The notes beneath the pieces are model-generated. The model was not told the origin of the DNA. It made no database searches and was given only the letters and a program-made list of their open reading frames with translations. Source: a virus. From it: 64,000 nt of DNA. Positions within the stretch are counted from its first letter, which is position 1; every line of letters begins with the position of its first letter. The translations under genes were made by a program, and so were the position numbers. This document shows positions 19,639 to 28,635 of the stretch, one piece after another. Location of the stretch: positions 23,741 to 87,740 of the IMG/VR virus record IMGVR_UViG_3300027722_000005; one strand, written 5' to 3'.

Positions 19639-19896
19639 CTACCGCGCGTCGTTCTGTTCCATGTTGGCGCGCAGGCGACCCAGGGCGATCTCGCGGCCCA
19701 GGCGGCGGCTCGGGTTGTCCTTGGGGCAGCAGCGGGCCAGGCCGAAATAGCCGTCGCAAAAGGCCAGGGTGAGATAGCGAGTGCCGCGCCGCTCGCAGTT
19801 TGCCAGGAGCGCCGGGTGGATGGGCGACTCGCCCGCGTACTGCCTGCCCGGCCACCAGTGATAGACGCGGATCTTGCCGTTGGTTTCCTCGCTCAT
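19639..19896 (-). CDS. Hypothetical phage protein
   Basis: GLARCCPKDNPSRRLGREIALGR motif; GAAAGGAG RBS. Confidence 0.65.
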   Translation of the reverse strand: MSEETNGKIRVYHWWPGRQYAGESPIHPALLANCERRGTRYLTLAFCDGYFGLARCCPKDNPSRRLGREIALGRLRANMEQNDAR

Positions 19897-19912
19897 GGGG
19901 TTCGCTCCTTTC

Positions 19913-20284
19913 CTACAGCGCCTTGACGCTCACGCCGGGCGCGCCGCAAGTTATCTCAACCCTGTTATCCAGCTCCATAAGGCGGAGCAATGCGCGGACC
20001 TCTTCAACTTGGATGCAGGCCAGGTCGAGATCTATGTGGGTGCGACGCTCCCCTGCCTCTGCGGCCTCTAACCTGGCGTAGTCCTCTGCCAGCACCTCGC
20101 GCGCCTTGGCCTCGCGCAGGTCGGCGTTCTTGCCGTCGATAGTGCCGCCTGCCAGGCCGGCCAGTTTGGCGATCTCCAGGGCGGCTCTTGCAGCGATGGC
20201 CTGTTCTGCCGCGATGTGATGGCTGACCAGGGTGTCGGCCTTGGCCCTGTAAGCCTCCTGAATGTGGGTAGCAGTTACGTTCAT
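19913..20284 (-). CDS. Hypothetical protein
   Basis: IDGKNADLREA motif; GAAAGGAG RBS; downstream of Sak4-like ATPase. Confidence 0.65.
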   Translation of the reverse strand: MNVTATHIQEAYRAKADTLVSHHIAAEQAIAARAALEIAKLAGLAGGTIDGKNADLREAKAREVLAEDYARLEAAEAGERRTHIDLDLACIQVEEVRALLRLMELDNRVEITCGAPGVSVKAL

Positions 20285-20343
20285 CGTGACTCCTTTCAAA
20301 TGTGCCCGCCGCGCCGCTCCCCCGAACGGCGCGGCGGTGGGTG

Positions 20344-21534
20344 CTAAAGCGGCAGCTCGCCCTGGCCCTGCTCAACCTGCCAGGTGGCGTAGACGATGGC
20401 GCATTCGCGGCCGGCGTACTCGTTCAGGCTCTTGATGTCATCGGGCACGGTGAGCCAGTCCAGAAGGGCCGACGCCTCGGCTTTCGTCAGCGAGCCGGTA
20501 GACGTGACGCCCAGTAGGTATTCGAGCACGGCATGGCGGCGGCCGGTGACTTCGTTCTCGCTCAACACGCCCTGGCTCGGCTTGACGGCCTGAGTCATCG
20601 TCGCCAGGAGCGCTGTAACCTGTGCCGGGGTGACGGCTTCGGTATCGGTGCGGCGGGTGTCGATGTCAATCCAGCCGCTATTCTTGCGGATGGCCTTGCG
20701 CACCTTCTCGGCGGGCAAGGGACGCGGCGGCGCGGGCGTAGCAGTAGCCTTGGGCTTGCTGCCGCCGCCGTTGGTGGGGGTTGTTGCGGCGGGCGGTTCT
20801 GGCGTCGCCTGCCGAACCGGGCGCGGCGTTGGCTCTGCCCCGGTGGTAAGCCAGGTGTTCAGGATGAGCGCCAGGTCTTCGCCCGGCTTGTTGATCATCT
20901 GGCCATGTAGGGCAGGGCAGCGTGATTTTGAAACGATGAAGTTGTTGTCCGGGTCCATATCGGCCGTCACGTCAAACTCGTACTCCATGCCGTCGCGCTG
21001 CACCGGGGCCAGTCCCACCTTGCGCACCGCGGTCTTGCCGGTGTGCTCGTCCTTCTCCATGACGTAATCGGTCTTGGTGCGCATCGTGGCGATGATGTGG
21101 CACCGGCTCTGAATCATGGCGTCGATCAGGGCGTTGTGCATGGGGGTCACGTCGCGCCAGGCGGTGTAGCTGTTGCGGCTCTGGCTGCGGGCCGTCGCCT
21201 TGTCCACCTGTTCCAACGCGCCCTCTTTGCCCATCCAGGCGTGGGACAGGCTGTCGATAACCAGCACGTCGTACCCGGCGCCCTCTGCCGACTTGATGGC
21301 CTCCACGTAGGTCATGGGGCTGAACGTGTCCAGCTCCAGCACGTCGAAGTCAAACAGGTCGGCGTACTTGCTGGCACTGCCGCGTTCGGTATCAATGACG
21401 GCCAGCCGGCCGCCGTTCTTGAGGACAGAACCGACACGAAGGGCCGTGTAGGTCTTGCCGCTGCCGGATGGTCCGATGAGGGCCATTCTAAGACGCGACT
21501 TCTCTTTCGTCGCCTTGGTGAATTGAACAGGCAT
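20344..21534 (-). CDS. AAA_24/Sak4-like recombination ATPase
   Basis: GPSGSGKT, IDTE, IDSLSH, QRDGMEYEFD. Confidence 0.88.
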   Translation of the reverse strand: MPVQFTKATKEKSRLRMALIGPSGSGKTYTALRVGSVLKNGGRLAVIDTERGSASKYADLFDFDVLELDTFSPMTYVEAIKSAEGAGYDVLVIDSLSHAWMGKEGALEQVDKATARSQSRNSYTAWRDVTPMHNALIDAMIQSRCHIIATMRTKTDYVMEKDEHTGKTAVRKVGLAPVQRDGMEYEFDVTADMDPDNNFIVSKSRCPALHGQMINKPGEDLALILNTWLTTGAEPTPRPVRQATPEPPAATTPTNGGGSKPKATATPAPPRPLPAEKVRKAIRKNSGWIDIDTRRTDTEAVTPAQVTALLATMTQAVKPSQGVLSENEVTGRRHAVLEYLLGVTSTGSLTKAEASALLDWLTVPDDIKSLNEYAGRECAIVYATWQVEQGQGELPL

Positions 21535-21676
21535 GATTCGATCTCCTTTCCTTGCTGAAAACGTGGCCGTAGAAACAAACAACGCAGGAGCCATGCTCCA
21601 GAACGTGATCGGCGTCTAGCTTGAACATGGGCGGGGCGTAACTCTCGCCGCATTCAGGACAGGTAACGGCGGTCAT
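21488..21676 (-). CDS. Small zinc-finger protein
   Basis: CPEC...CVVC. Confidence 0.5.
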   Translation of the reverse strand: MTAVTCPECGESYAPPMFKLDADHVLEHGSCVVCFYGHVFSKERRSNHACSIHQGDEREVAS

Positions 21677-21836
21677 AGCACGCCCCGTTGTGCGGCGCGC
21701 TTCTCTTCCTGCCAGTCGCGCCACTCCAGCCAGTCTAGCCACCATGCCGCATCGTTCAGCCGGGCCAGCTTGGCGTCTATGGCCCGCTCGATGCGGGCCA
21801 GGTTCGCGGCGGACACTTCGGCGCGCTTGGCGGCGG

Positions 21837-22097
21837 TCATGCCAGCACCGTGTACCCGTTCGCCCGCTGCTGCAAGACGGCGGAGTGCTCGTTGCCCGGC
21901 GAGCGCAGGACGGGGCGATAGATAGCGCCGCACTTGGCGCTATCCAGGTAACAGGCATTGGGGTCGCAGCCCCAGGCCGGGGCCAGCTCGGCGGCGATGT
22001 CGGCCAGCGCGCGGGCCTTGGCCTGTACACCCAGGCGGACCAGGCCGGCGAGCTCGTTAAGGACATTCTGCTTGGGGTCGATCTGTGCGGTGGTCAT
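21837..22097 (-). CDS. Hypothetical protein
   Basis: GGAGG RBS; ATGA overlap. Confidence 0.55.
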   Translation of the reverse strand: MTTAQIDPKQNVLNELAGLVRLGVQAKARALADIAAELAPAWGCDPNACYLDSAKCGAIYRPVLRSPGNEHSAVLQQRANGYTVLA

Positions 22098-22342
22098 TGT
22101 GCCTCCTGCGCGGCTTGCAGTTCGTGGAACCGTGCCCAGAACGGTTCATGGTCGCGCTGTTCCGTGGAGTACAGGCCAACGTCGCCCACCACGGGCCAAC
22201 CATTGATGTCATTCGCTGGCCCAACCGTGATGTCAAAGCCCGTTTCTTGCGCGGCCTGTAGGGCAAGGCCGGCCTGCCCGGCGTCGATATTGGAAATCAT
22301 GGCCCGGGGCTGCTGTCTTGGGATGTAAAAGGAACTGTGCAT
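22094..22342 (-). CDS. Hypothetical protein
   Basis: AGGAGGT RBS before MHSSFYIP; in frame with upstream ORF from 22657. Confidence 0.55.
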   Translation of the reverse strand: MHSSFYIPRQQPRAMISNIDAGQAGLALQAAQETGFDITVGPANDINGWPVVGDVGLYSTEQRDHEPFWARFHELQAAQEAQ

Positions 22343-22652
22343 GCTTACCTCCTGTTCTTGCGCGACGCCTGCCGCTGTGCCTTGCGGGCCTTGCGTCTTC
22401 GGGCCTCGGCGGTCGGGCTTTCGGTGTGCCCGGCGTTGTGCTTGCTGGCGCGGGTGATGCGGGTCATGTGGTCGCCTCCTGGGTGGTGTCGGATCGGGCG
22501 CAAAGATGGGGCACTCACGGAGTAGCACGACGGCCCTTGCGTCTGTGCCGTCGTGGGCGCTATTGGGAAAGCCGTACAGCTTCCCATCGCGTAGGTATAT
22601 CGGCCAATAGCCGTCTGTCTCCGCATCGAATACGTGGGTGTACGGCTCTTCT

Positions 22653-22947
22653 TCCATCGCGTCTCTCCTTTCCCGCGGGCCTAGTTCCGCCCGCCGTTGC
22701 CGTTCGCCGGGGCGTCTGACTCGCAGTGACAACACGCCAGGCATTCGCGGATCGTCGCGTTGGTAACGAGCGCAACCCTGTGCCCCTCGCGGGCGTACTT
22801 GGCAATGTCAAGCACGTCTTCGGGCAGGATGCGCGAATTGGCGTAAAACAGCGCGCCACAGTCCTTGCAGTAGATGGCTACAACGTTCTTGTCCATCGTC
22901 TCTCTCCTCTCCCGCGGGCCTAGTTCCGCCCGCCGTTGCCGTTCGCC
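22653..22947. repeat. 56-bp direct repeat pair flanking one gene
   Basis: 22653-22708 versus 22892-22947, 3 mismatches. Confidence 0.9.
22681..22896 (-). CDS. Small Cys-rich hypothetical protein
   Basis: CKDC...CCHC; ends ANGNGGRN like the upstream gene. Confidence 0.7.
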   Translation of the reverse strand: MDKNVVAIYCKDCGALFYANSRILPEDVLDIAKYAREGHRVALVTNATIRECLACCHCESDAPANGNGGRN

Positions 22948-23111
22948 TTGGCTTCCATTTCGGCGGCTCTTTCTTCCGCCAGTGGCAAAAAAAAGCTGGG
23001 GTACTTCTCGTGTACTGCCTCATCGATGGCGTCTTTCATGTCGGAGCCGGTGAGGAACTTCATCCGCCGCAGGGCTGCGTGCGTGTCTTCTGAAACCGCT
23101 ACAAGTGGCAT
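22920..23111 (-). CDS. Small RHH/Cro-like regulator (first leftward gene)
   Basis: VAVSEDTHAALRRM...MKDAIDEAV; divergent from the repressor. Confidence 0.6.
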   Translation of the reverse strand: MPLVAVSEDTHAALRRMKFLTGSDMKDAIDEAVHEKYPSFFLPLAEERAAEMEAKANGNGGRN

Positions 23112-23134
23112 AGTTGCCTCCCTCCTGAATGTTT

Positions 23135-23303
23135 TACTTCTGAAGTGTAAGACTGGGCTTATTATAACGGTTAACCGTTTCCCTGTCAAGCCAAAGTGGG
23201 CTCTTGCGCCTAGCAATTTAAGGATAAAACCAGTAGAATCGTAACGAGTTGAAGTCCTAACTTCTGGTCTGTCACTTCCAAACTTCCGCCCGATGCTGTA
23301 GAA
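23135..23303. promoter_or_regulatory. Lysis-lysogeny switch region
   Basis: Minus TTGACA-17-TATAAT (23189-23161) containing palindrome AACGGTTAACCGTT; ACTTC/GAAGT repeats; plus extended -10 TAGAAT near 23298. Confidence 0.75.
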
Positions 23304-23331
23304 TATAAGGGCGAAATGTCAGGAGTAGCTT

Positions 23332-23760
23332 ATGGACACCTTTGCGGAATGGCTAATTGAGCGATGCGAAGAGCAGAACCTCAGTTGGTCTGAGGCCAGC
23401 CGACGGGCCGGCCTGGCGCACAACGCCATTTCCGAGATCGTGAACGGCGCGCCCGCCGGGGTCAAGAGAGTGTCGGCCCTGGCGGGGCTCTTTGGCGTGC
23501 GTACCGAAGACGCCCTCCGTATGGCCGGGATCTTGCCTGCCGAGCCCACCGACCGGGCCATTGATGCCCAAGCCGCGTGGGCCATCGGCCAGATTTACGA
23601 AGCCCTGCCCACCTTGTCCCCGGCGGCGCAGCGGCTAATTGCCGACCAGGTTCTGTTTCTGGTTAATGCGCACCGGGCCGCCGCCGGCCTGGACGCGCCC
23701 GCTTCCGAATCCGTGAGCCAGAACGAGGGCGAGAGGACCACAACCAGCAGCAGCCACTAA
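23332..23760 (+). CDS. CI-like XRE/HTH repressor
   Basis: LSWSEASRRAGLAHNAISEIVNG; divergent position next to recombinase. Confidence 0.8.
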   Translation: MDTFAEWLIERCEEQNLSWSEASRRAGLAHNAISEIVNGAPAGVKRVSALAGLFGVRTEDALRMAGILPAEPTDRAIDAQAAWAIGQIYEALPTLSPAAQRLIADQVLFLVNAHRAAAGLDAPASESVSQNEGERTTTSSSH

Positions 23761-23776
23761 GCACCACCCCCGCGAT

Positions 23777-23805
23777 TTGCCATTCTCGCCACCCTTTGCT
23801 ATAAT
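23777..23805 (+). promoter_or_regulatory. Sigma70-type promoter
   Basis: TTGCCA-17-TATAAT with TG extension. Confidence 0.65.
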
Positions 23806-23856
23806 GTTTCCCGTTGGCAACGTGCCAATGAGCCTCCAGTCATAGCTCAACCGAGC

Positions 23857-24075
23857 ATGGTCGCAACGGATGCGAGGGCGATGGACCAACAGACACAAGA
23901 GGAGTTGTTTCGTGCGATTTGTTATTTGCGCGAGGTCGGGGCCGTCGGCATTCTCCAGGACATCCTCGAAGCCGTGATAGCCGCGCAACTGGCCGCCATC
24001 GGGGAGCGGCCCGCAGAGCCGCGCCGCGTGTTCGTGGAAGCCCGCCCGGCTGCCCAGTTTCGCCTCATCGGCTAG
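23857..24075 (+). CDS. Hypothetical protein
   Basis: ORF downstream of promoter; start may be 23881. Confidence 0.5.
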   Translation: MVATDARAMDQQTQEELFRAICYLREVGAVGILQDILEAVIAAQLAAIGERPAEPRRVFVEARPAAQFRLIG

Positions 24076-24221
24076 GGCCCTGTGTCGCCAGGGTGACGCC
24101 GGGCCGCACTATGGCTGCACGGAACATGAGCGCGACGTGTTCATGCCCCGCGCTTTTGTGGACAGGTGCCGCGCGATGTGTCTACGGCGGCGACAGATAG
24201 CTTAACTGGAGTATAAGGATC

Positions 24222-25730
24222 GTGAGCAGCCGCCCCTTGCGTGTCGCCATTTGGGCCGCCGTCTCTTCCAGGCGCCAGGCCGAAGAGGACAGGGTAAGCC
24301 TTGACGACCAGGAAAAGGCGGGCCTGGCCTGGGCGGAGGGCTTGGGTGCCGAGATTGTCAACGTCTACCGGGTGCCGGGCCACACCCGGGACATCTGGAA
24401 CTGGAACGAGGCCGAACGCGAGATGCCCGCCTATCGCCAGTTGCGCGAGGATGCCCAGGCCGGCAAGCTGGATCTGTTGTGGGCTTACGACATGGACAGG
24501 CTCGGGCGCGACCCGGCGCTAGGCCAGCAGGTCATCTCCCTGGTGGAAAAGTCGGACGGCCCCAACCTGCCCCGCGCCGAAGTCTATGTCGCCAGCTCCC
24601 CGCATGTTGTCGGCTCAAAGACCATAGGCCACCGCTACATCGGCGCTATCCAGTCCGTGCGTGCCGGCGAAGACCAGGAAATGCGCGTCCGGCGTTTCAA
24701 GATGGGCATGAAGGGCCGCGTACTCCGCCATGGCCTGATGGGCACCACGATCCCGGCGGGCTACACGCGCGTCAAGGACGGCGACGGGAAGACCACCGGC
24801 TACGCCCTGGACGACAACGCCCCGGCCGTGGATACGGTGACGCGCCTCTACCTGGACGGCCTGCCCTATGCCGAGGTTGCCCGCCGCATGAACGAGAGCG
24901 GCTACCGCTACCCGGGCGGGCGTCCCTGGCGCTACTATGACATCGGCCGCATCATCCGCAACGACGCCTATGCCGGGCGCCCGCGTCTCGGGCCGCTCCA
25001 GTGGGAAGGCGAGCCACAGTATCCGGCCATCTGGGACGATGCCACCTGGACGGCGGTGCAGCGTGAGCGACAACGGCGACGAGTGGCGCCACAGGTTTCG
25101 CACGGCGGCAACCCCTACAGCGGCGTCCTCTTCTGCGCTCGTTGTGGCGGCGGGATGAACCAGGTGATCAGCCGCACCGGGGGCCGCGTCTATTTGTACT
25201 ATCGCTGCCAAACCCACGCGCGACAGACGGAGCATGGCCGCTCGTGCCATTGCAACTTTATCGCCCGCTGGAAGGTGACAAGCGCCCTTGTCGCCTACTT
25301 CTACAGCCTCCAGACGCCCGAACGGGTGGATGCCCTGCTTGCCGAGTATGGCGACAGTGCCGACGCCGAACGGCTGCGCGGTGAGATCGCGGCGGCGGAG
25401 AAGGCGGCGAAGGAAACCGAAGTGGCGCGCTACCAGGCGGGGCTAACGCACTCGCGAGGCAAGATGCACACGGACATTTACCGGCAGGTTGACGACGAGC
25501 TGCTTGCCGAGCTTGCGGCGCATCAAGGCCGGGCGGCGGAGCTGGCTCGACATCTGGCCGCTTTGCCCGATCTGGACGCATGGCGCAAGCAACTTGCCGA
25601 CGTCGCCGGCACGTTTGCCGAGGTCATTGAGGATGGCCTTGTGGCGCCAGAGACGATAGCGGCGGCGTTGCAACGGGCGGGCGTTCGCTGCTGGGTCGAG
25701 GATGGCGAGGTCGTCAAGATCGAGCCGTGA
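24222..25730 (+). CDS. Large serine recombinase (probable integrase)
   Basis: WAAVSS catalytic Ser, DRLGR, recombinase domain (PAGY...RNDAYAG), zinc ribbon CARC...YYRC...C, coiled coil. Confidence 0.9.
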   Translation: MSSRPLRVAIWAAVSSRRQAEEDRVSLDDQEKAGLAWAEGLGAEIVNVYRVPGHTRDIWNWNEAEREMPAYRQLREDAQAGKLDLLWAYDMDRLGRDPALGQQVISLVEKSDGPNLPRAEVYVASSPHVVGSKTIGHRYIGAIQSVRAGEDQEMRVRRFKMGMKGRVLRHGLMGTTIPAGYTRVKDGDGKTTGYALDDNAPAVDTVTRLYLDGLPYAEVARRMNESGYRYPGGRPWRYYDIGRIIRNDAYAGRPRLGPLQWEGEPQYPAIWDDATWTAVQRERQRRRVAPQVSHGGNPYSGVLFCARCGGGMNQVISRTGGRVYLYYRCQTHARQTEHGRSCHCNFIARWKVTSALVAYFYSLQTPERVDALLAEYGDSADAERLRGEIAAAEKAAKETEVARYQAGLTHSRGKMHTDIYRQVDDELLAELAAHQGRAAELARHLAALPDLDAWRKQLADVAGTFAEVIEDGLVAPETIAAALQRAGVRCWVEDGEVVKIEP

Positions 25731-25816
25731 AAACTGGCCGAATTGGGGTATTGACAAATGGAATAAAGTATGATAATATTAGGCCATCAAGAAGGATGGG
25801 GGGGGGGCTAACGGAA

Positions 25817-26269
25817 ATGGACAAGGAAAGGGCGCAAAAAGAAATCGAGCGCATTTTTGAACAGTGCTCGGGCTTCGAACTGGCATTCGAGGACTGGACG
25901 GGCACCGGCGAGGATGATTTGTGCGTGACCATTAACCACCAGCAGGGCGACTATGTCACGCATCTGTATTTGACCGGCGAGGATGGCGACGTTTTCCTCT
26001 ACGTTGGAGAGGACGTGATCGATGTACTGACCGAGGCAAACGTGTGGCGCGTCCTGGCGTATGATGCCATGCATAGCGCGGAGGTACTGGCGGACGAAAT
26101 CGAGCGGCTGGAGGCAGAGTTGAAGCAAGCGCGGGCGGACGAGCGCGAGCGGTGCGCCAAGGTCTGCGAAATGCATGCCGCAGGGTGGCGGGGGCCAGTC
26201 GTTTTCAATGGCGCCAGGGCCGATGAGGCACGACTTTGCGCCGATGACATTCGGGCGTCGAACGGGTAG
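25817..26269 (+). CDS. Acidic hypothetical protein (ERERCAKV module)
   Basis: Follows TTGACA promoter at 25751. Confidence 0.65.
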   Translation: MDKERAQKEIERIFEQCSGFELAFEDWTGTGEDDLCVTINHQQGDYVTHLYLTGEDGDVFLYVGEDVIDVLTEANVWRVLAYDAMHSAEVLADEIERLEAELKQARADERERCAKVCEMHAAGWRGPVVFNGARADEARLCADDIRASNG

Positions 26270-26290
26270 GCGCAAGCAAGGATAGCCCCT

Positions 26291-26467
26291 ATGACTAACA
26301 CCCCCCGAGGCCGCGGCCGCCCCGTGCTCACCCCTGCCGAGCCGACCAAGCGCATCACCGTTACCCTGCCCGTCTCGCTCGTGGCCTACCTGAGGCGGCT
26401 GGGCCATGGCAACAAGAGCGAGGGGGTCCGCGCCGCTATCGAGTTCCACCGGGAGAATCGCCCCTAG
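26291..26467 (+). CDS. Small RHH protein with N-terminal RGRP (AT-hook-like) motif
   Basis: MTNTPRGRGRP...RITVTLP...NKSEGVRAAI, 58 aa, translated by hand. Confidence 0.7.
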   Translation: MTNTPRGRGRPVLTPAEPTKRITVTLPVSLVAYLRRLGHGNKSEGVRAAIEFHRENRP

Positions 26468-26557
26468 TTCGTGCTCGCCGCGTTCCTTCCGATAAGAGCG
26501 CATAGCGGGCACGAACCGGACTGTACTTATTTGGTCTGAAACTGGCCCTTTACACTC

Positions 26558-26586
26558 TTGCATTTTAGGGCGATATATGGTATGAT
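26558..26586 (+). promoter_or_regulatory. Sigma70-type promoter upstream of the RNA cluster
   Basis: TTGCAT-17-TATGAT with TG extension. Confidence 0.6.
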
Positions 26587-26640
26587 GGTGTGCGTGAGCA
26601 CACTATATCTTGTGGTGGTTATCACAACCCATAATTTGGG

Positions 26641-26814
26641 GTGAGCCCGCCGGGTCTGACACCGGCCCAACTCGCAGCGTTAGAGCAGTGCATTGCAGAA
26701 GTCTGCCAGCGCAGCGGGTGGGGCAGAGTCGAGATCATCATCGAGCGGGGCAGGGTGCGGCGGCTGTGTCCGTGCCCATCGTTGGACCTTGACAAGTTAG
26801 GCGAGAACGGATAG
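26641..26814 (+). CDS. DUF2292/YezD-like small protein
   Basis: GWGRVEIIIERGRV, 57 aa, translated by hand. Confidence 0.55.
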   Translation: MSPPGLTPAQLAALEQCIAEVCQRSGWGRVEIIIERGRVRRLCPCPSLDLDKLGENG

Positions 26815-26945
26815 GCGCGGCGGCGTGGAAAGTCGGAGACACGCACCGACCAGGAACTCGCGGCGGGGTCCGGGCATTGCAGGGCCAGGAGAGACAGGCG
26901 CAATGCCAAAACAGGGCAAGTCGGCGTACCGCCCGGCCCGCGCCA
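26814..26945 (+). ncRNA. tRNA-like structured RNA of unknown class
   Basis: 7-bp stem GGCGCGG/CCGCGCC plus A; D-arm-like GCGTG...CACGC; T-arm-like GTCGG/CCGGC; internal GGCATTGC/GCAATGCC. Confidence 0.55.
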
Positions 26946-27012
26946 TCCGTTTAGCATAGCTGACCCGCCAAGCGCGGGCACAGTATCGGGGGCCGTTCTG
27001 CGGTTCTTGCTC

Positions 27013-27085
27013 GCTCTCGTAGAGGAGCGGAGTCCTCACCGCGCTGTCAACGCGGAGATCGTGGGTTCAAATCCCACCGGGGGCG
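27013..27085 (+). tRNA. tRNA-Asp (GUC), CCA not encoded
   Basis: Acceptor GCTCTCG/CGGGGGC, D stem GAGG/CCTC, anticodon GTC at 27046-27048, T loop TTCAAAT. Confidence 0.93.
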
Positions 27086-27086
27086 C

Positions 27087-27231
27087 GTGTATCTGAAACG
27101 GGGCTCAATCTCCGCAAGTAGGATGCATCCGGCGGCGCCACCGGCTCCCACAGACTAACCGGGGGCCGGGGCGCACGCTTTACAAATCGAATAACCGTAT
27201 CTGCCAGCCCGGCAGATGTTGAAAGACACAC
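27087..27231 (+). ncRNA. Multi-branched structured RNA of unknown class
   Basis: Ends can pair (GTGT..TCT / AGA..ACAC); hairpins CCGGCTCCC/GGGGGCCGG and ATCTGCC/GGCAGAT; no ORF; ends at a terminator. Confidence 0.5.
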
Positions 27232-27263
27232 GGGGCTGACCTTAATTGGTCAGCCCCTTTTTT
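27232..27263 (+). terminator. Intrinsic terminator
   Basis: GGGGCTGACC/GGTCAGCCCC stem followed by T6. Confidence 0.9.
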
Positions 27264-27440
27264 GTTGTCTCACCCCCGGCGCTGATCCCGCCGGGCCGAC
27301 GCGGGCAACCGTCGTCTCTGCCCATCCCCGCCGGGTGAACGTCGGCTCCATGCCGTGTGGTGCCGAGGCCGCGGCCGCGAGGCACCCTAGCCCGGCAGGG
27401 GTGGGCGCTATAGGGACAATATGAGGACAGTGTAGGGACA

Positions 27441-27776
27441 ATGACTAAGCGCAAACTGCTACGCTATCTGGTACGCCGAATCGAGTATCTTGAGCGCCGC
27501 GTGGCCGACCTGGAGGCCATCGTAGCGGCCGTGCCTGCTGCCGAGCCGGTGACATTCGTTTTTACCTGGCTGCCGGGTGACGACAGGACAGACACGGCAA
27601 CCTGGGGCAGCGCCAAGGTGCAGGCAAGTAAGCCGGACGCGCGGTATCTTGATATGCTCAATTCCCTGGGCCAATGTCGCTGCACGGTGGTGCCGAGTGA
27701 AACAGGTGAGCCGTTGCAGACATTCCCGAACGCGGCAGATTTCGCCCGGTACGAGCCGGGCGAGTTGAGGATTTGA
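27441..27776 (+). CDS. Hypothetical protein
   Basis: 111-aa ORF heading the rightward operon. Confidence 0.6.
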   Translation: MTKRKLLRYLVRRIEYLERRVADLEAIVAAVPAAEPVTFVFTWLPGDDRTDTATWGSAKVQASKPDARYLDMLNSLGQCRCTVVPSETGEPLQTFPNAADFARYEPGELRI

Positions 27777-28204
27777 CCGTGGCAAAGTTCAAGAAAAAGC
27801 CAGTCGTGATCGAGGCCGTCCAGTGGCTCCCCGGCGTTCAGATCGAGGGCGTGCGAGGGGTTGACCCGTGCTCGCCAGATGACCCGGCCCACGGCTTCTA
27901 TATCGAGTATGCCGAGATCGAGACGCTGGAGGGCGTGATGCGTGTCTCGCCTGGCGATTGGGTGATCACGGGCGTCAAGGGCGAAAAATATCCCTGCAAA
28001 GATGACATTTTCAAGGCGACTTACGAGGCACTTGACCTGCTTGACGAACGCGCCGAGGGGCCATGCACTTGCACCAAGGCGCAAGAAATTGGCGATGATT
28101 CAACCCTCTGCCCTTCCTGCGAGGCGCGGCAAGAACTGGACTGGCTCGCAGACTCACGGCGGGCAACCGTCCGAATGTTTGAGCGCGAGAGGGTGCCCGC
28201 GTGA
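27773..28204 (+). CDS. PGDYG-like phage protein
   Basis: KKPVVIEAVQW...TLEG...GDWVITGVKGEKYPCK. Confidence 0.85.
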   Translation: MTVAKFKKKPVVIEAVQWLPGVQIEGVRGVDPCSPDDPAHGFYIEYAEIETLEGVMRVSPGDWVITGVKGEKYPCKDDIFKATYEALDLLDERAEGPCTCTKAQEIGDDSTLCPSCEARQELDWLADSRRATVRMFERERVPA

Positions 28205-28635
28205 CCCGCTGCCTTATCACCACCACCTACGTCCTTGACCTGGCCCTTGTCGATGAGGGCAAAGCCACGCGCTATGGCCCTGGCGTCATGGACGGCGTTG
28301 TGCAGAACCGTCTCAAGTGGCAGCAGATAACCCCCGAGCAGATTCAGCAAGCGGCGGGCTTCGTCGCCTTGCAGAAGAAGGAATACATCGGCCGCTGGGC
28401 CTGGATTGAGTGGCCCGACGGCCAACTTACCGGGCCGTACCTCGTGACCGATTGCGGCGCGGCCCAGGACCAGGACCACCTTGACGCCATCTCATTTGCC
28501 GTGGATCTGTCCTACGAGCTGGCCGTCAAATTCGGCGTGATTGACATGCCCCGCTGGGGCGTGCGTGTCTACGTTCAGGAGGGCGTGCGGCGCTACCTGG
28601 ATGAAACGTATCAAATTCGAGGGGAGGAAACATGA
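28201..28635 (+). CDS. Possible double-psi beta-barrel (RlpA-like) cell-wall enzyme, candidate endolysin
   Basis: ATRY...VTDCG...VDLSYELA; adjacent to holin. Confidence 0.55.
   Translation: MTRCLITTTYVLDLALVDEGKATRYGPGVMDGVVQNRLKWQQITPEQIQQAAGFVALQKKEYIGRWAWIEWPDGQLTGPYLVTDCGAAQDQDHLDAISFAVDLSYELAVKFGVIDMPRWGVRVYVQEGVRRYLDETYQIRGEET

Noticed and set aside
27087-27190. tRNA-associated HDV-like (theta) ribozyme
   Set aside because: A G-U-started P1 is possible, but the P1.1 G residues and a matching L3/P2 could not be placed
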